From Candidatus Anderseniibacteriota bacterium (GTDB taxonomy: Bacteria > Patescibacteriota > Andersenbacteria > UBA10190): a stretch of 64,000 nt of DNA. A program made the position numbers and the translations under genes. The stretch covers positions 567 to 64,566 of the forward strand of contig JBBDZC010000018.1 in assembly GCA_040900375.1 (NCBI GenBank), read 5' to 3'. The notes under the pieces are model-generated. The model saw only the letters and a program-made list of their open reading frames with translations. It had not been told where the DNA came from and ran no database searches. Positions 38,933 through 49,812 of the stretch are shown here, piece after piece (the stretch's first letter is position 1; each line of letters begins with the position of its first letter).

Positions 38933-39341
38933 GAAAAGAAATAAAAACGCAAAACCACTACTGCCCTGTATTGCTGCTCCTATAATTCTATGCCTCTTTA
39001 ATCTAATGAAACACACTAAAATACAACACCCCCTCACGGGGTGTTGTTAAGTCGTTACACTCTCCTTTGAGTCGGATGCTTACCTCATTTCGCGCGGTAG
39101 CTTTACCATAAACATCGGACCAAAAGCACAAGTGTGAAACGGAACTCTTTGAAACTCCAACAGACAGTAAAAGGCTCGATTTGTGTGCCCAAACAGTGTC
39201 TGTGGGTTACCTCCACCATTCCGCGTTCTGGCTTGCGGTGCAAGAGTATTTTGAGGTATTACTTGCTTTTACGTTAATAGTCAATTATGCTAGCAAGCAC
39301 GTTGCTGTAGGTTTTAGGATAGGGATAAGGCAGCATTTTAA

Positions 39342-39416
39342 CGCGGGGTGGAGAAGTAGTATCTCGCCTGGCTCATAACCAGGAGGACGGCCGTGCAATT
39401 CGGCCCCCCGCCACCA
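39342..39416 (+). tRNA. Initiator-like tRNA-fMet (anticodon CAT) with CCA encoded
   Basis: CGCGGGG-TG-GAGA-AGTAGTA-TCTC-G-CCTGG-CTCATAA-CCAGG-AGGAC-GGCCG-TGCAATT-CGGCC-CCCCGCC-A-CCA. The 5' half (CGCGGGGUGGAG..GCUCAUAACC) closely matches E. coli tRNA-fMet. The 1:72 position is an unpaired CxC (E. coli has CxA), preserving the initiator hallmark. The anticodon stem has only two of the three canonical G-C pairs. The T-loop (TGCAATT) is non-canonical. Confidence 0.75.
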
Positions 39417-39448
39417 TTAAGGAAGTAACAATATACCTCCAAAAGTAG

Positions 39449-40663
39449 GTGACGCCGTCGAATGGGTCAGCTTACTTAGAAAGCCTCACTAGTCGCCGTA
39501 GTATACTCGGGGGAAGCCTTATATGCTACGACTACATGCTTAAGCTCTTCCATGTTTTTCTGCTCGTGCTGGCGATTGGCCTGGTTGTACAAAGCACACT
39601 TTGGAAAAATATTGATGTTCTAGATGCGGAAGAATGGATGAGTGCTACTGTCTTCCTCTACCAAGGTGACGCGCGGGTCTTTAATAAATTTACTTATGGT
39701 TATCCCGGCACGCCGCTGCTGCTGCTGGCGGGAGCGATCCATGTTGTTTTGGCTATTCCGCTAACGACAAGTTTTACTGGCAGCCTGGCCACCCTTATTT
39801 CCCTTTCGGCCGCGGGGATTGCGGCTACCTGCAAATTGCTGCGGCCGAGGAGTTTATGGTGGATAGCGGCTACGGGTATTATTCTCTGTAACCGTCTCTA
39901 TGCGGCCGTGACTCCCCCCTCGGCAGCGGTCGCTCCCCTGATTGTTCTTATTTTTTTGTTGTCCCTTTATATCTACGAGCAGCGCAGTCAGTCACTGCGC
40001 GTACACATTATGCTCGGGATTAGTTTAGGTGTTGGCGCGGCGCTGCGTCTGGACATTACCGCGGCAGTTGGTTTCTTACTGCTGATTTTTCTGCTGCCAA
40101 GTCTCGGAGGGAAAAGAATCGGGGTGATTGTCAGTACTGCGTTTCTCTCTTTTTTCTTGCTCAATCCCTTCCTGTGGTTTACGCCCCTTGGTCACCTGCA
40201 GGCGATTATCGCTAAAATACACTACCACTGGGCTGATTATGAGACAGAGCGCTTGACGATACCTCTTTTCCTTAACCGGGCAGCTGTTGGCTTACTGGGG
40301 TTCAGCTTGGCTGTAGTACTACTTTTCCTACGGCAACGCCTGCCTCTCCTCATTTCCCGAAAATTCCTCCTCTACACAGTTTTTGTTACTATCAGCATAA
40401 GCATTATCCTATGGCAAGCGAGTTATCAAGTACCGTGGTATTTTTATCCCCTAATTTTTTTCTGGGAAGCCCTTTTGTCTCTTTTTCTTCTCGATTTAGC
40501 CGCCTTAGTTCACTATCCTTTCTTGACTTCCCTGCGAGCCCAGCAATTACTGCGACAATCAGTCCAAATCAGTGTGATCATTCTCCTCGTCGGGGCGCAA
40601 GTTCTCCTGCTGCTTACCGAACATTTTCTTCCCGAGGGTATTTACTTGCTCTCTCTTCCCTAA
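39449..40663 (+). CDS. GT-C fold membrane glycosyltransferase (PMT/ArnT, GT39/GT83-like)
   Basis: 404 aa with about 10 predicted transmembrane helices. First periplasmic-loop motif DAEEWMSATVFLYQGDARVFNKFTYGYPGTPLLLL matches the PMT/ArnT DE..Y...A.....G.......KPPL signature. The true start may be the internal Met (MLKLFHVFLL). Confidence 0.55.
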   Translation: MTPSNGSAYLESLTSRRSILGGSLICYDYMLKLFHVFLLVLAIGLVVQSTLWKNIDVLDAEEWMSATVFLYQGDARVFNKFTYGYPGTPLLLLAGAIHVVLAIPLTTSFTGSLATLISLSAAGIAATCKLLRPRSLWWIAATGIILCNRLYAAVTPPSAAVAPLIVLIFLLSLYIYEQRSQSLRVHIMLGISLGVGAALRLDITAAVGFLLLIFLLPSLGGKRIGVIVSTAFLSFFLLNPFLWFTPLGHLQAIIAKIHYHWADYETERLTIPLFLNRAAVGLLGFSLAVVLLFLRQRLPLLISRKFLLYTVFVTISISIILWQASYQVPWYFYPLIFFWEALLSLFLLDLAALVHYPFLTSLRAQQLLRQSVQISVIILLVGAQVLLLLTEHFLPEGIYLLSLP

Positions 40664-40678
40664 CCCGACCTTAAATAT

Positions 40679-42277
40679 ATGGCCACAAGTTCACGTCCAC
40701 GACCGTTGGTTGTCACTATCTTGGACGGGTGGGGTATCAGTTTTGTCAAAGAGGGTAACGCAATTATGGCGGCGACCACGCCCACGATGGACATGTTTGC
40801 CCGACACTATCCGAGTGCGGGCATTTTAGCCGCCGGGATTGAAGTCGGCCTACCCTGGGGCGAGGTAGGTAATTCGGAAACGGGCCATAGCAATATCGGC
40901 GCCGGCCAAGTGCAGTACCAGGCGCTGCCGAGTATTGATAAAGCCATTGAAGATCGGTCCTTCTTTGCCAACCAAGTTCTCCTGCAAGCAATTGCGCATG
41001 TCAAAAGAAACAATTCCAACCTTCATATCATGGGTCTGGCGAGTACCGGTGGCGTGCACGCTCATCTCAACCATCTCTTTGCTCTCTTGCGTCTCGTCGC
41101 TCATGAACAAATCTATGATCATGTTTTTCTGCACCTTTTCACGGACGGCCGTGATTCCCCACCCCAGAGTGCGCTGGCATACTTGCGGCAAACGGCAGAG
41201 GTTATGGCGCAGTATAAAATTGGCAAGATTGCCTCGGTGACTGGTCGCCTCTATGCCATGGATCGCAATGAGAACTGGGAGCGAACGCAGGCGACTTTTA
41301 ACCTGCTCACCGGCGGACCCCGACAGGTTGGCGCCTCAACTGCCGAGCAAGCAGTTACACAAGCTTATGAGCGCAACATATTTGACGAGATGATTCCGCC
41401 CACCGCGATTACCGAGGGCGGGGGTCCCCTGGCAACAATCCGCGATAACGACGCCGTGATTTTCTTTAACTACCGTCCCGATCGCGCCCGCCAAATCACG
41501 CGCGCTTTTGTGGAAACAGATTTCACCAATTTTCGTCGCCCCACTGTGCCCACTAATCTTTTCTTTGCCACGATGACTCAATATGATCCTCGGCTGCCCG
41601 CCCCCGCGGCTTTTATTGAAGAGCCTGTTGCTCTGCCCCTAGCTAAAGTCATTTCGCAAGCGGGTCTTACCCAATTGCATATCGCAGAAACGGAAAAATA
41701 TGCTCATATTACTTATTACCTTAATGGCGGACACGAACAACCTTTTCCTGGAGAAGAGCACGTGCTCATTAAGTCATCAGGGATTAAAAACTTTGCCGAG
41801 CGACCGCACATGGAAGCCGAGGCAATTACCGATCGGCTCTTGCACGAAATTCAGCGCGGACTTTTTGATGTTTACTTTGTGAATCTCGCCAATGCTGATA
41901 TGGTCGGCCATTCGGGCGACATCGCGGCCACGATTGAGGCATGCACGTTTGTCGATCAATGCTTAGCCCGTCTTCATACGGCGGTTCAGGCAGCTCATGG
42001 CGCGCTCTTGGTGACAGCTGATCATGGCAATGCGGAAGAAAAACTACATCCTAAAACTAAGGCAGTCGAGACCGATCACACGAGCAATCCCGTGCCGCTC
42101 CATTATGTGATTGAGCATCTGCGGCGAACAACACCCCGCAGTGAAGCAGAGCTCGTGGCGCTCTTTTCCTCCCCCATTGGTGTCTTGGCTGACATTGCGC
42201 CCACTATATTAGACATTTTAGATATTCCTCTGCCCCCTCATATGACGGGAATCTCGCTCCTCAATTCACTGCAGTAG
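40679..42277 (+). CDS. gpmI: 2,3-bisphosphoglycerate-independent phosphoglycerate mutase
   Basis: PLVVTILDGWGIS, GLPWGEVGNSETGHSNIGAGQVQYQ, ADMVGHSGD. 532 aa. Confidence 0.9.
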   Translation: MATSSRPRPLVVTILDGWGISFVKEGNAIMAATTPTMDMFARHYPSAGILAAGIEVGLPWGEVGNSETGHSNIGAGQVQYQALPSIDKAIEDRSFFANQVLLQAIAHVKRNNSNLHIMGLASTGGVHAHLNHLFALLRLVAHEQIYDHVFLHLFTDGRDSPPQSALAYLRQTAEVMAQYKIGKIASVTGRLYAMDRNENWERTQATFNLLTGGPRQVGASTAEQAVTQAYERNIFDEMIPPTAITEGGGPLATIRDNDAVIFFNYRPDRARQITRAFVETDFTNFRRPTVPTNLFFATMTQYDPRLPAPAAFIEEPVALPLAKVISQAGLTQLHIAETEKYAHITYYLNGGHEQPFPGEEHVLIKSSGIKNFAERPHMEAEAITDRLLHEIQRGLFDVYFVNLANADMVGHSGDIAATIEACTFVDQCLARLHTAVQAAHGALLVTADHGNAEEKLHPKTKAVETDHTSNPVPLHYVIEHLRRTTPRSEAELVALFSSPIGVLADIAPTILDILDIPLPPHMTGISLLNSLQ

Positions 42278-42279
42278 AC

Positions 42280-43740
42280 TTAAAGACGTGGCTGCTGCCA
42301 CCAATTGTGAGCTTGCTCATACACGGAAGCGACGTGAAAAAGCCGCTCTTCTTTAAAATGAGGGGCGGCGATCTGGAGGCCCACCGGCAGGCTTGAAGCA
42401 AACCCACAGGGCACAGAGAGAGCCGGCAAGCCCGCCACGCTTAAGGGGACCGTCAGGGCATCGGATAAATACATCGCCAGCGGATCGTCTACCTTGCTTC
42501 CCAAGGTAAAAGCGGTTTCCGGAGCAACGGGGCCTACCACCACATCAACCTCTTTAAAGGCTTCTTCATATTCGCGCCGAATGAGCATGCGGACCCGGCT
42601 CGCTTGTTGGTACCAGGCCTCATAATAGCCGGCTGACAAAGCATAGGAACCCATAAGAATCGCCCGCTTAACTTCCGCACCAAACCCTTGGCCGCGTACC
42701 TCCAGGTAATGCTCTACGAGGGAGTGGCTGGATAGCGACACGGGCGCGTAGCGTAAGGCGTCGAAGCGAGCTAAATTAGTCGAGGCTTCCGCCTTGGCAA
42801 TGAGGTAGTAGACAGCAATAGCGGCAGGCGTGAGCGGCAAGGAGAGATTGATAATTGTGGCGCCTTGATCTGCCAGGGCAGCAATGGCCGCTTTAACGAC
42901 CGTTGTAACTTCAGGTGATACGCCTTCAGCAAAAAACTCCTGGGGCACACCCACTTTAATTCCCTTGAGACTGCCGTGACAAAATGTCTCATACGCCGGT
43001 ACCGGCAGGGGTGAGCTCGTCGCATCCTGGGAATCGTGGCCAGCCAGGACTGACAACATAATGGCCGCGTCTTGTACGGTACGCGTAAAAGGCCCCACTT
43101 GATCAAGGCTGCTGCCATACGCAATGACGCCAAAGCGACTGACGCGTCCGTAGGTTGGCTTGAGGCCCACGACCCCGCAGAAACTAGCCGGTTGGCGGAT
43201 GGAGCCGCCCGTATCTGTACCGAGAGCCGCAAGGACGCTACCGCTGGCGACGGCGGCGGCGGAGCCGCCACTACTGCCTCCTGCCACGCGAGCGGGCTGC
43301 CAGGGGTTGTGAGTGGGACCATAAGCAGAATATTCAGTACTCGAACCCATGGCGAATTCATCTAAATTGGTTTTACCAATCAAAATGGCACCAGCTTTTT
43401 TTAAATGAGTGATCACGGTCGCGTCATAGGGTGCCATGAAGTTCTGGAGTATTTTTGAAGCGGCAGTCGTGTGACCTTCCGTGGTACAGATCAAATCCTT
43501 GATGGCGACCGGAACGCCGTGGAGTGGCCCTAGGACCGTGCCCTGGGCGCGTTGTTTATCACTGGCGGTCGCAGCTGTGCGCGCGTGGCCGGCAAATACT
43601 TCCAGAAAGGCATGAAGAGTTGGTTCCCACTGGGCAATGGTTGTAAGCGCTTCCTCAACCAGGTCAGCAGCCGAGACTTCTTGTTTGTCTAATGCGGCGC
43701 GGGCCGCCACTAAGGTATTGGGAAGAACGGGAGAGGCCAT
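42280..43740 (-). CDS. gatA: Glu-tRNA(Gln)/Asp-tRNA(Asn) amidotransferase subunit A
   Basis: Amidase signature GKTNLDEFAMGSSTEYSAYGPTHNPW...GGSSGGSAAAVA. 486 aa. Confidence 0.95.
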   Translation of the reverse strand: MASPVLPNTLVAARAALDKQEVSAADLVEEALTTIAQWEPTLHAFLEVFAGHARTAATASDKQRAQGTVLGPLHGVPVAIKDLICTTEGHTTAASKILQNFMAPYDATVITHLKKAGAILIGKTNLDEFAMGSSTEYSAYGPTHNPWQPARVAGGSSGGSAAAVASGSVLAALGTDTGGSIRQPASFCGVVGLKPTYGRVSRFGVIAYGSSLDQVGPFTRTVQDAAIMLSVLAGHDSQDATSSPLPVPAYETFCHGSLKGIKVGVPQEFFAEGVSPEVTTVVKAAIAALADQGATIINLSLPLTPAAIAVYYLIAKAEASTNLARFDALRYAPVSLSSHSLVEHYLEVRGQGFGAEVKRAILMGSYALSAGYYEAWYQQASRVRMLIRREYEEAFKEVDVVVGPVAPETAFTLGSKVDDPLAMYLSDALTVPLSVAGLPALSVPCGFASSLPVGLQIAAPHFKEERLFHVASVYEQAHNWWQQPRL

Positions 43741-43746
43741 ACTTCC

Positions 43747-44049
43747 CTACTCGAAGACAGCTTGCACGTGCACATGCGCCCGGGTTACTCGGGGTGCTAA
43801 TTCCAGTAACCGGGTGGCGGAACTTAAGTAATCTGACCGCGGCACATCAGCCCGAGCGATATTATGGAGTCCGCTCATATCGGAAGCCTGTGGCACACCT
43901 TGGGTATCAATTTTTTGAATGAGAGAAAAATGCTTAAGAATACCCTCCAGCTTGAGTGCAGCATCACGGATTTCTGCTTCGGTTAAAGCAAGTCTGCCTA
44001 AAGTGGCTGTGCGACGAACAGTTTCGGTCGTTATGAGAGCGTGGGTCAT
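43747..44049 (-). CDS. gatC: Amidotransferase subunit C
   Basis: 100 aa: ITTETVRRTATLGRLALTEAEIRDAALKLEGILKHFSLIQKIDTQGV. Immediately upstream of gatA. Confidence 0.85.
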   Translation of the reverse strand: MTHALITTETVRRTATLGRLALTEAEIRDAALKLEGILKHFSLIQKIDTQGVPQASDMSGLHNIARADVPRSDYLSSATRLLELAPRVTRAHVHVQAVFE

Positions 44050-44113
44050 AGAGCAATAATTATCCTTTCCATCCGTGGATTAATTTTCTTAGGGGAAACG
44101 CTGCAGTTACTAA

Positions 44114-46165
<2,052 letters not shown>

Positions 46166-46207
46166 CTACTCAAAAACCTTCAAGTAGGTTAGTTGTCAGG
46201 TTTGGTT

Positions 46208-46657
46208 TTAGTCGGTGAAACACTCACCGGGCCCTAAGCGCAAGCGCCGTTCTTCCTGAAAGGCGTTACCGTCAGGAAATCGGCCGGTGACCTGTACGCA
46301 AGGGGTAATACCATCACTCGGCAGATACTTTGCTTCTCCTTCGTAGCCCGCAGTGCTTGTATCTGGGACAGACCCATACTCGACTGCTCCTGTAAGCGGG
46401 GTAGATTCTTGGGCAAATAATGATAACTCATACAAGCCTTGTTCTAACCCCGAATTAGCGGCATAGAAAGCGCGCTCGGAAGAGATCGCGTCCGTGGTAG
46501 CGCGAATTTGGCGAGCTAAGATAATGCTAAAAAGGATGGCAGAGGAAACAATAATCGCGAGCATAATGAGCGACATGTAAATCGCAATATCGCCGCGCTG
46601 CTGGTGACCCGCGGGTTGCTTAAGTCTCCGAGTGGTTAGGGAGGATAGCATAGTCAT
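46208..46657 (-). CDS. PilX-like minor pilin / pilus-associated protein
   Basis: 149 aa. N-terminus RGDIAIYMSLIMLAIIVSSAILFSIILA resembles a PilX N-terminal domain. Last gene of the pilus operon. Confidence 0.45.
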   Translation of the reverse strand: MTMLSSLTTRRLKQPAGHQQRGDIAIYMSLIMLAIIVSSAILFSIILARQIRATTDAISSERAFYAANSGLEQGLYELSLFAQESTPLTGAVEYGSVPDTSTAGYEGEAKYLPSDGITPCVQVTGRFPDGNAFQEERRLRLGPGECFTD

Positions 46658-47256
46658 TACGGCGGGCTTAAAAAGGGAATAACTTGCCGCGAAGTAACCG
46701 AGCTCTGGAGGGTGACCGTGTGGTCTGATTTTTTTCGGGAAGTAGCTGCCACACTGATGGTCACAAAGCCTTGGTTGAGAAGCTTGTTGTCGGGGTCTAC
46801 ATTTGCCGCTCGCGCGATAAAGGTGAGCGTATCAATCTGCGTGTCGCGACTCACTAAAGAGTCATACGAGCTGTAGACTATCAGGCTACAGTCTTCTTCA
46901 GGCGGCACGTTTTCCGCCGCCCGTGCGAGCGTGCGTGCGGCACTATCATGGCGATAACTGACGCAGGTACCATTTTGGTTACGGAAAAACAGGAATGAAC
47001 TTGTTCCCGTAAAGGTATTGCCGTAACCGGTACGTACTTCCCGGTTGAGCAACTCTAAAGCAAATCGTAGGTCTGCCTGAATTTTTTGTTCACCAATGTG
47101 ACGGCGCTCGGTAAACACAAATTGGGAGAAAATACCCATAATTATCAACAGCAAGAGCGAAAAGATGCCAATCGCGACAATAATCTCAATAAGTGTATAA
47201 CCACGGCTATGCGCCAGGGGCAAACGAGAGGTAGCGAAGGTATCCATACAGCACAT
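46657..47256 (-). CDS. Prepilin-type minor pilin (PilW-like)
   Basis: Class III signal RGYTLIEIIVAIGIFSLLLLII (G|YTLIE with Glu at +5). The ORF-track start at 47304 overlaps the upstream gene; the internal Met at about 47256 or 47247 is more likely. Confidence 0.6.
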   Translation of the reverse strand: MCCMDTFATSRLPLAHSRGYTLIEIIVAIGIFSLLLLIIMGIFSQFVFTERRHIGEQKIQADLRFALELLNREVRTGYGNTFTGTSSFLFFRNQNGTCVSYRHDSAARTLARAAENVPPEEDCSLIVYSSYDSLVSRDTQIDTLTFIARAANVDPDNKLLNQGFVTISVAATSRKKSDHTVTLQSSVTSRQVIPFLSPP

Positions 47257-47257
47257 A

Positions 47258-47812
47258 TCAAGGCTTATACCAGTTATATAACACTTCTTTGACTTCGGCT
47301 TCACGCGTCAGGCCCCGGCTTTGCCACGTGACTTTCGCACTGATTGTAATCAAGGGGGGCGTACTATTCTGCGCGGTACAATCAACACTGATTAATCGGC
47401 TATAGGGCGTCAGGGTGGCCGCACTCGGATGGTGGGTCCACAGATTGGTATCGGTTATCCGCAACCGCTGCTGGGCTAAGCTCGGGTTAGCGGTGATAAA
47501 CAACGTGGTCACGGGATCATGGTCAATCGTAAATTGGTAGTCGCTACTCGAAGCCTCGTCACAAATATCCTTCGTCCACGCTTCCCCCGAAAACCAATTC
47601 GTATCACGGTAGGCTTGGACTAACTCCAGCCCCTCGCGCGCCAGATTAGCGGCAATAAATCTTTCTTGGGCAATGCCGACAATGTTCTGGGTGCGCGATA
47701 CCAGTTGCACTATCGCGAGGGATCCGCCCACGAGTAAAAAGGTAGCAATTAACACGCCGAGGAGAGACATGCCGCGTTGTAACTTAATTAATTGGCCAGA
47801 CCACGTCAGCAT
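47258..47812 (-). CDS. Minor pilin-like protein (PilV-like, atypical prepilin motif)
   Basis: QRGMSLLGVLIATFLLVGGSLAIVQLV is a hydrophobic N-terminal helix after an RG motif but lacks Glu at +5. 184 aa. Confidence 0.45.
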   Translation of the reverse strand: MLTWSGQLIKLQRGMSLLGVLIATFLLVGGSLAIVQLVSRTQNIVGIAQERFIAANLAREGLELVQAYRDTNWFSGEAWTKDICDEASSSDYQFTIDHDPVTTLFITANPSLAQQRLRITDTNLWTHHPSAATLTPYSRLISVDCTAQNSTPPLITISAKVTWQSRGLTREAEVKEVLYNWYKP

Positions 47813-47813
47813 A

Positions 47814-48338
47814 TTATTCTCGTTCTAATTGACCGTAGGGATACACTGCTAAACGGACGATTGTAGTGCCTAGTTTGAGTTCGAAGCGACCCGGGTTTTT
47901 AACGGCACCATCAACCAATAATTCAATTGTTGGCGGCTGCCCCAAAAATAAGAAGCTTTTGTCTCCCGTCGCGACTACCCCCGCCGGTAACTCTTCCTGT
48001 TGAATAACATAATCAATCCCGGGAGAATACTGCTGGTCGGCAGCATCATCACCAGTATCAGCAAATAACAAAAGCGTCTGACCATCAATAAAGACGCCGA
48101 CGTCGGAGCAGCGGGCGGGTTCCCCTGGATTATCCAGAAGACAGTCTGGATCACGCTCTTCTTGAAGGGCTCGTTTTTGGGCATCACGAAGGGTAAATTC
48201 AATTTTTTGTTGCGCTAATAACAAGGCTTGACTATCGCGGGTTGAAGGAAAAGCCACAGTTAGAATGGTAATCATAATACCAATGATCACGACGGTGACT
48301 ACTACTTCAAGTAAAGTAAATCCTGAACTTGCCGGCAT
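47814..48338 (-). CDS. Prepilin-type pseudopilin (GspH/FimT-like)
   Basis: SGFTLLEVVVTVVIIGIMITIL is a canonical G|FTLLE prepilin cleavage/methylation motif. 174 aa. Confidence 0.7.
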   Translation of the reverse strand: MPASSGFTLLEVVVTVVIIGIMITILTVAFPSTRDSQALLLAQQKIEFTLRDAQKRALQEERDPDCLLDNPGEPARCSDVGVFIDGQTLLLFADTGDDAADQQYSPGIDYVIQQEELPAGVVATGDKSFLFLGQPPTIELLVDGAVKNPGRFELKLGTTIVRLAVYPYGQLERE

Positions 48339-48434
48339 CTCTTTAAGTGTACCTTAGTGTTGTCACAATTTACACGCCCACCCCTTCAGCTGCTATCCTT
48401 GAGTAAGGTGTGCGGAAGCGAACTTTGGTATTCC

Positions 48435-49238
48435 TTAGACACCCCACAGGAGCAAAAAAAATCGTGTGGGCAACTGGGGGACAAGTAACACGAGGATAGC
48501 GGCGCCAGCCAAGAATGGCCCAAACGGTATGGCTGTCTTCATTGTACTGTGGCCGCGGGTAAGCAGCGCGATACCCACAAGACCACCGATTGTAAAAGCC
48601 AGAAAAAGAACCATCACGGTGGCCGTGACACCAAACAAAGCGCCGAGGGGAATAAGTAATTTGATGTCCCCCAGGCCTATTCCCTGACCGCGAGTAATGA
48701 GCCAGAGAGAGAAAAGAAAACCCGCGCCAATGACTATCCCGCCGACGATGTCCCACGGCAGGAGCGTTGGTTGGAGTAATATTAGCGTCACACAGAAAAC
48801 ACTTAAGACAATAAGATACTGATCAGGCAAAAGAAATGTCGCACGATCAACAAATGCCAACACCAGTAAACAGGCAACAATGCCGAGAGTGACGAGACTG
48901 GCGACCATGCTGGTAATGGTGCTGGGAAAAGAACTGAAGATGACAACCGCGGCCACCCCCATAGCAAATTCGACGAGCGGATACTGCAAGGATATAGCAG
49001 CACCACAACGCTGGCAGCGGCCTCTAAGTAAGATAAATGAGAGGAGCGGCACCAGCTCCCACCAACGGAGTGTCTGCTGGCACTCTGGACAATATGACCG
49101 CGCGGGCTCGACCGCGCGGGTTGATGAAGCCGCTTTGTGTTTAATGTATCGCAAGATCACGACATTGAGAAAACTGCCAAGCAGCGTCCCGAGAATAAAA
49201 ATAAGCGGGGTGACTACCGTAATTTCCGGCCAGGCCAT
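48435..49238 (-). CDS. pilD: Prepilin peptidase (A24 family)
   Basis: GSFLNVVILRY, the Zn-binding CPECQQTL...WELVPLLSFILLRGRCQRCGAAIS..YPLVE, and a second catalytic Asp region (GLGDIKLL). 267 aa. Confidence 0.9.
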   Translation of the reverse strand: MAWPEITVVTPLIFILGTLLGSFLNVVILRYIKHKAASSTRAVEPARSYCPECQQTLRWWELVPLLSFILLRGRCQRCGAAISLQYPLVEFAMGVAAVVIFSSFPSTITSMVASLVTLGIVACLLVLAFVDRATFLLPDQYLIVLSVFCVTLILLQPTLLPWDIVGGIVIGAGFLFSLWLITRGQGIGLGDIKLLIPLGALFGVTATVMVLFLAFTIGGLVGIALLTRGHSTMKTAIPFGPFLAGAAILVLLVPQLPTRFFLLLWGV

Positions 49239-49245
49239 ACACTAC

Positions 49246-49728
49246 TTAGCTACTGGGGCAGCGCAAGGGGGGACCACTTAGTGTCTGACTCGCACAAACA
49301 GTAGCGACAACCTTAAAGACTCCGGTGGCATCAATACAGTAATGTTTATCCTCTTCGCTCTTGAGCGGCGCGCTGATGCAGTACTCCTTGCGTTGTGATT
49401 CACGAATAGTCACCGCATAGGAAGTCGGGTAGGTTATGGGGTAATTATCGGCGGTCGGCTCTCCCAGCTGCTTATCAATATCGGCGATAATTGTTGCGAC
49501 TTCGGTTTGAATCGAGGCATGCGCGCGCCAATTCAGATAACTTGCTCCCTGACTATCGTATACTTGCTCTGCTAACCAGCGGAGCTGCACCACGTCACTA
49601 CGAATGGCATTATCATGAGCCTTTTCTCGCCCATAGATCACCCCAATCAAAATGAGGATGGAGAGGATCCCAATAATGGCAATAACGATCAAAAGCTCAA
49701 TCAACGTAAAGCCTTTCGTCTCTGGCAT
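49246..49728 (-). CDS. Type IV pilin (paralog 2)
   Basis: [29 protein letters not shown] prepilin leader plus the N-terminal alpha-helix. 160 aa with Cys residues near the C-terminus. Confidence 0.8.
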   Translation of the reverse strand: MPETKGFTLIELLIVIAIIGILSILILIGVIYGREKAHDNAIRSDVVQLRWLAEQVYDSQGASYLNWRAHASIQTEVATIIADIDKQLGEPTADNYPITYPTSYAVTIRESQRKEYCISAPLKSEEDKHYCIDATGVFKVVATVCASQTLSGPPLRCPSS

Positions 49729-49757
49729 TTTTATATCGTATCACAAAGTACTGCAGC

Positions 49758-49787
49758 AAAACACTCGCCGATTGCTGGCGAGTGTTT
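49758..49787 (-). terminator. Strong hairpin terminator/attenuator between the two pilin genes
   Basis: Perfect 11-bp stem aaacactcgcc / ggcgagtgttt with a 7-nt loop. On the minus strand it is followed by TTTTGCTGCAG. Confidence 0.55.
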
Positions 49788-49812
49788 CGTTAACAGCTGT
49801 TAGTATGACAGG

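Noticed and set aside
38941-39341. RNase P RNA or SRP RNA in the tRNA-flanked non-coding region
   Set aside because: The conserved P4 (AGGAAAGUCCGGGCUCC, ACAGNAAC...GGCUUA) and SRP domain IV (GGAAGCAGCC) signatures are absent on both strands. Kept only as an unclassified ncRNA candidate.
38400-39450. Integrase or prophage remnant next to the tRNA genes
   Set aside because: No recombinase-like ORF or direct repeat of a tRNA 3' end was found. Only the 17-bp inverted repeat was noted.
39380-39470. tmRNA: GCCACCA 3' end and a UUCGACGG-like sequence nearby
   Set aside because: The 3' element resolves cleanly as a 75-nt initiator tRNA with a CAT anticodon arm. The UUCGACGG match lies inside the start of the downstream membrane-protein ORF on the wrong strand. 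No 5' GGGG acceptor partner or tag-peptide reading frame was found.
48370-48756. 128-aa minus ORF overlapping the 3' part of pilD
   Set aside because: It is out of frame within the well-supported prepilin peptidase gene and has no independent signals.
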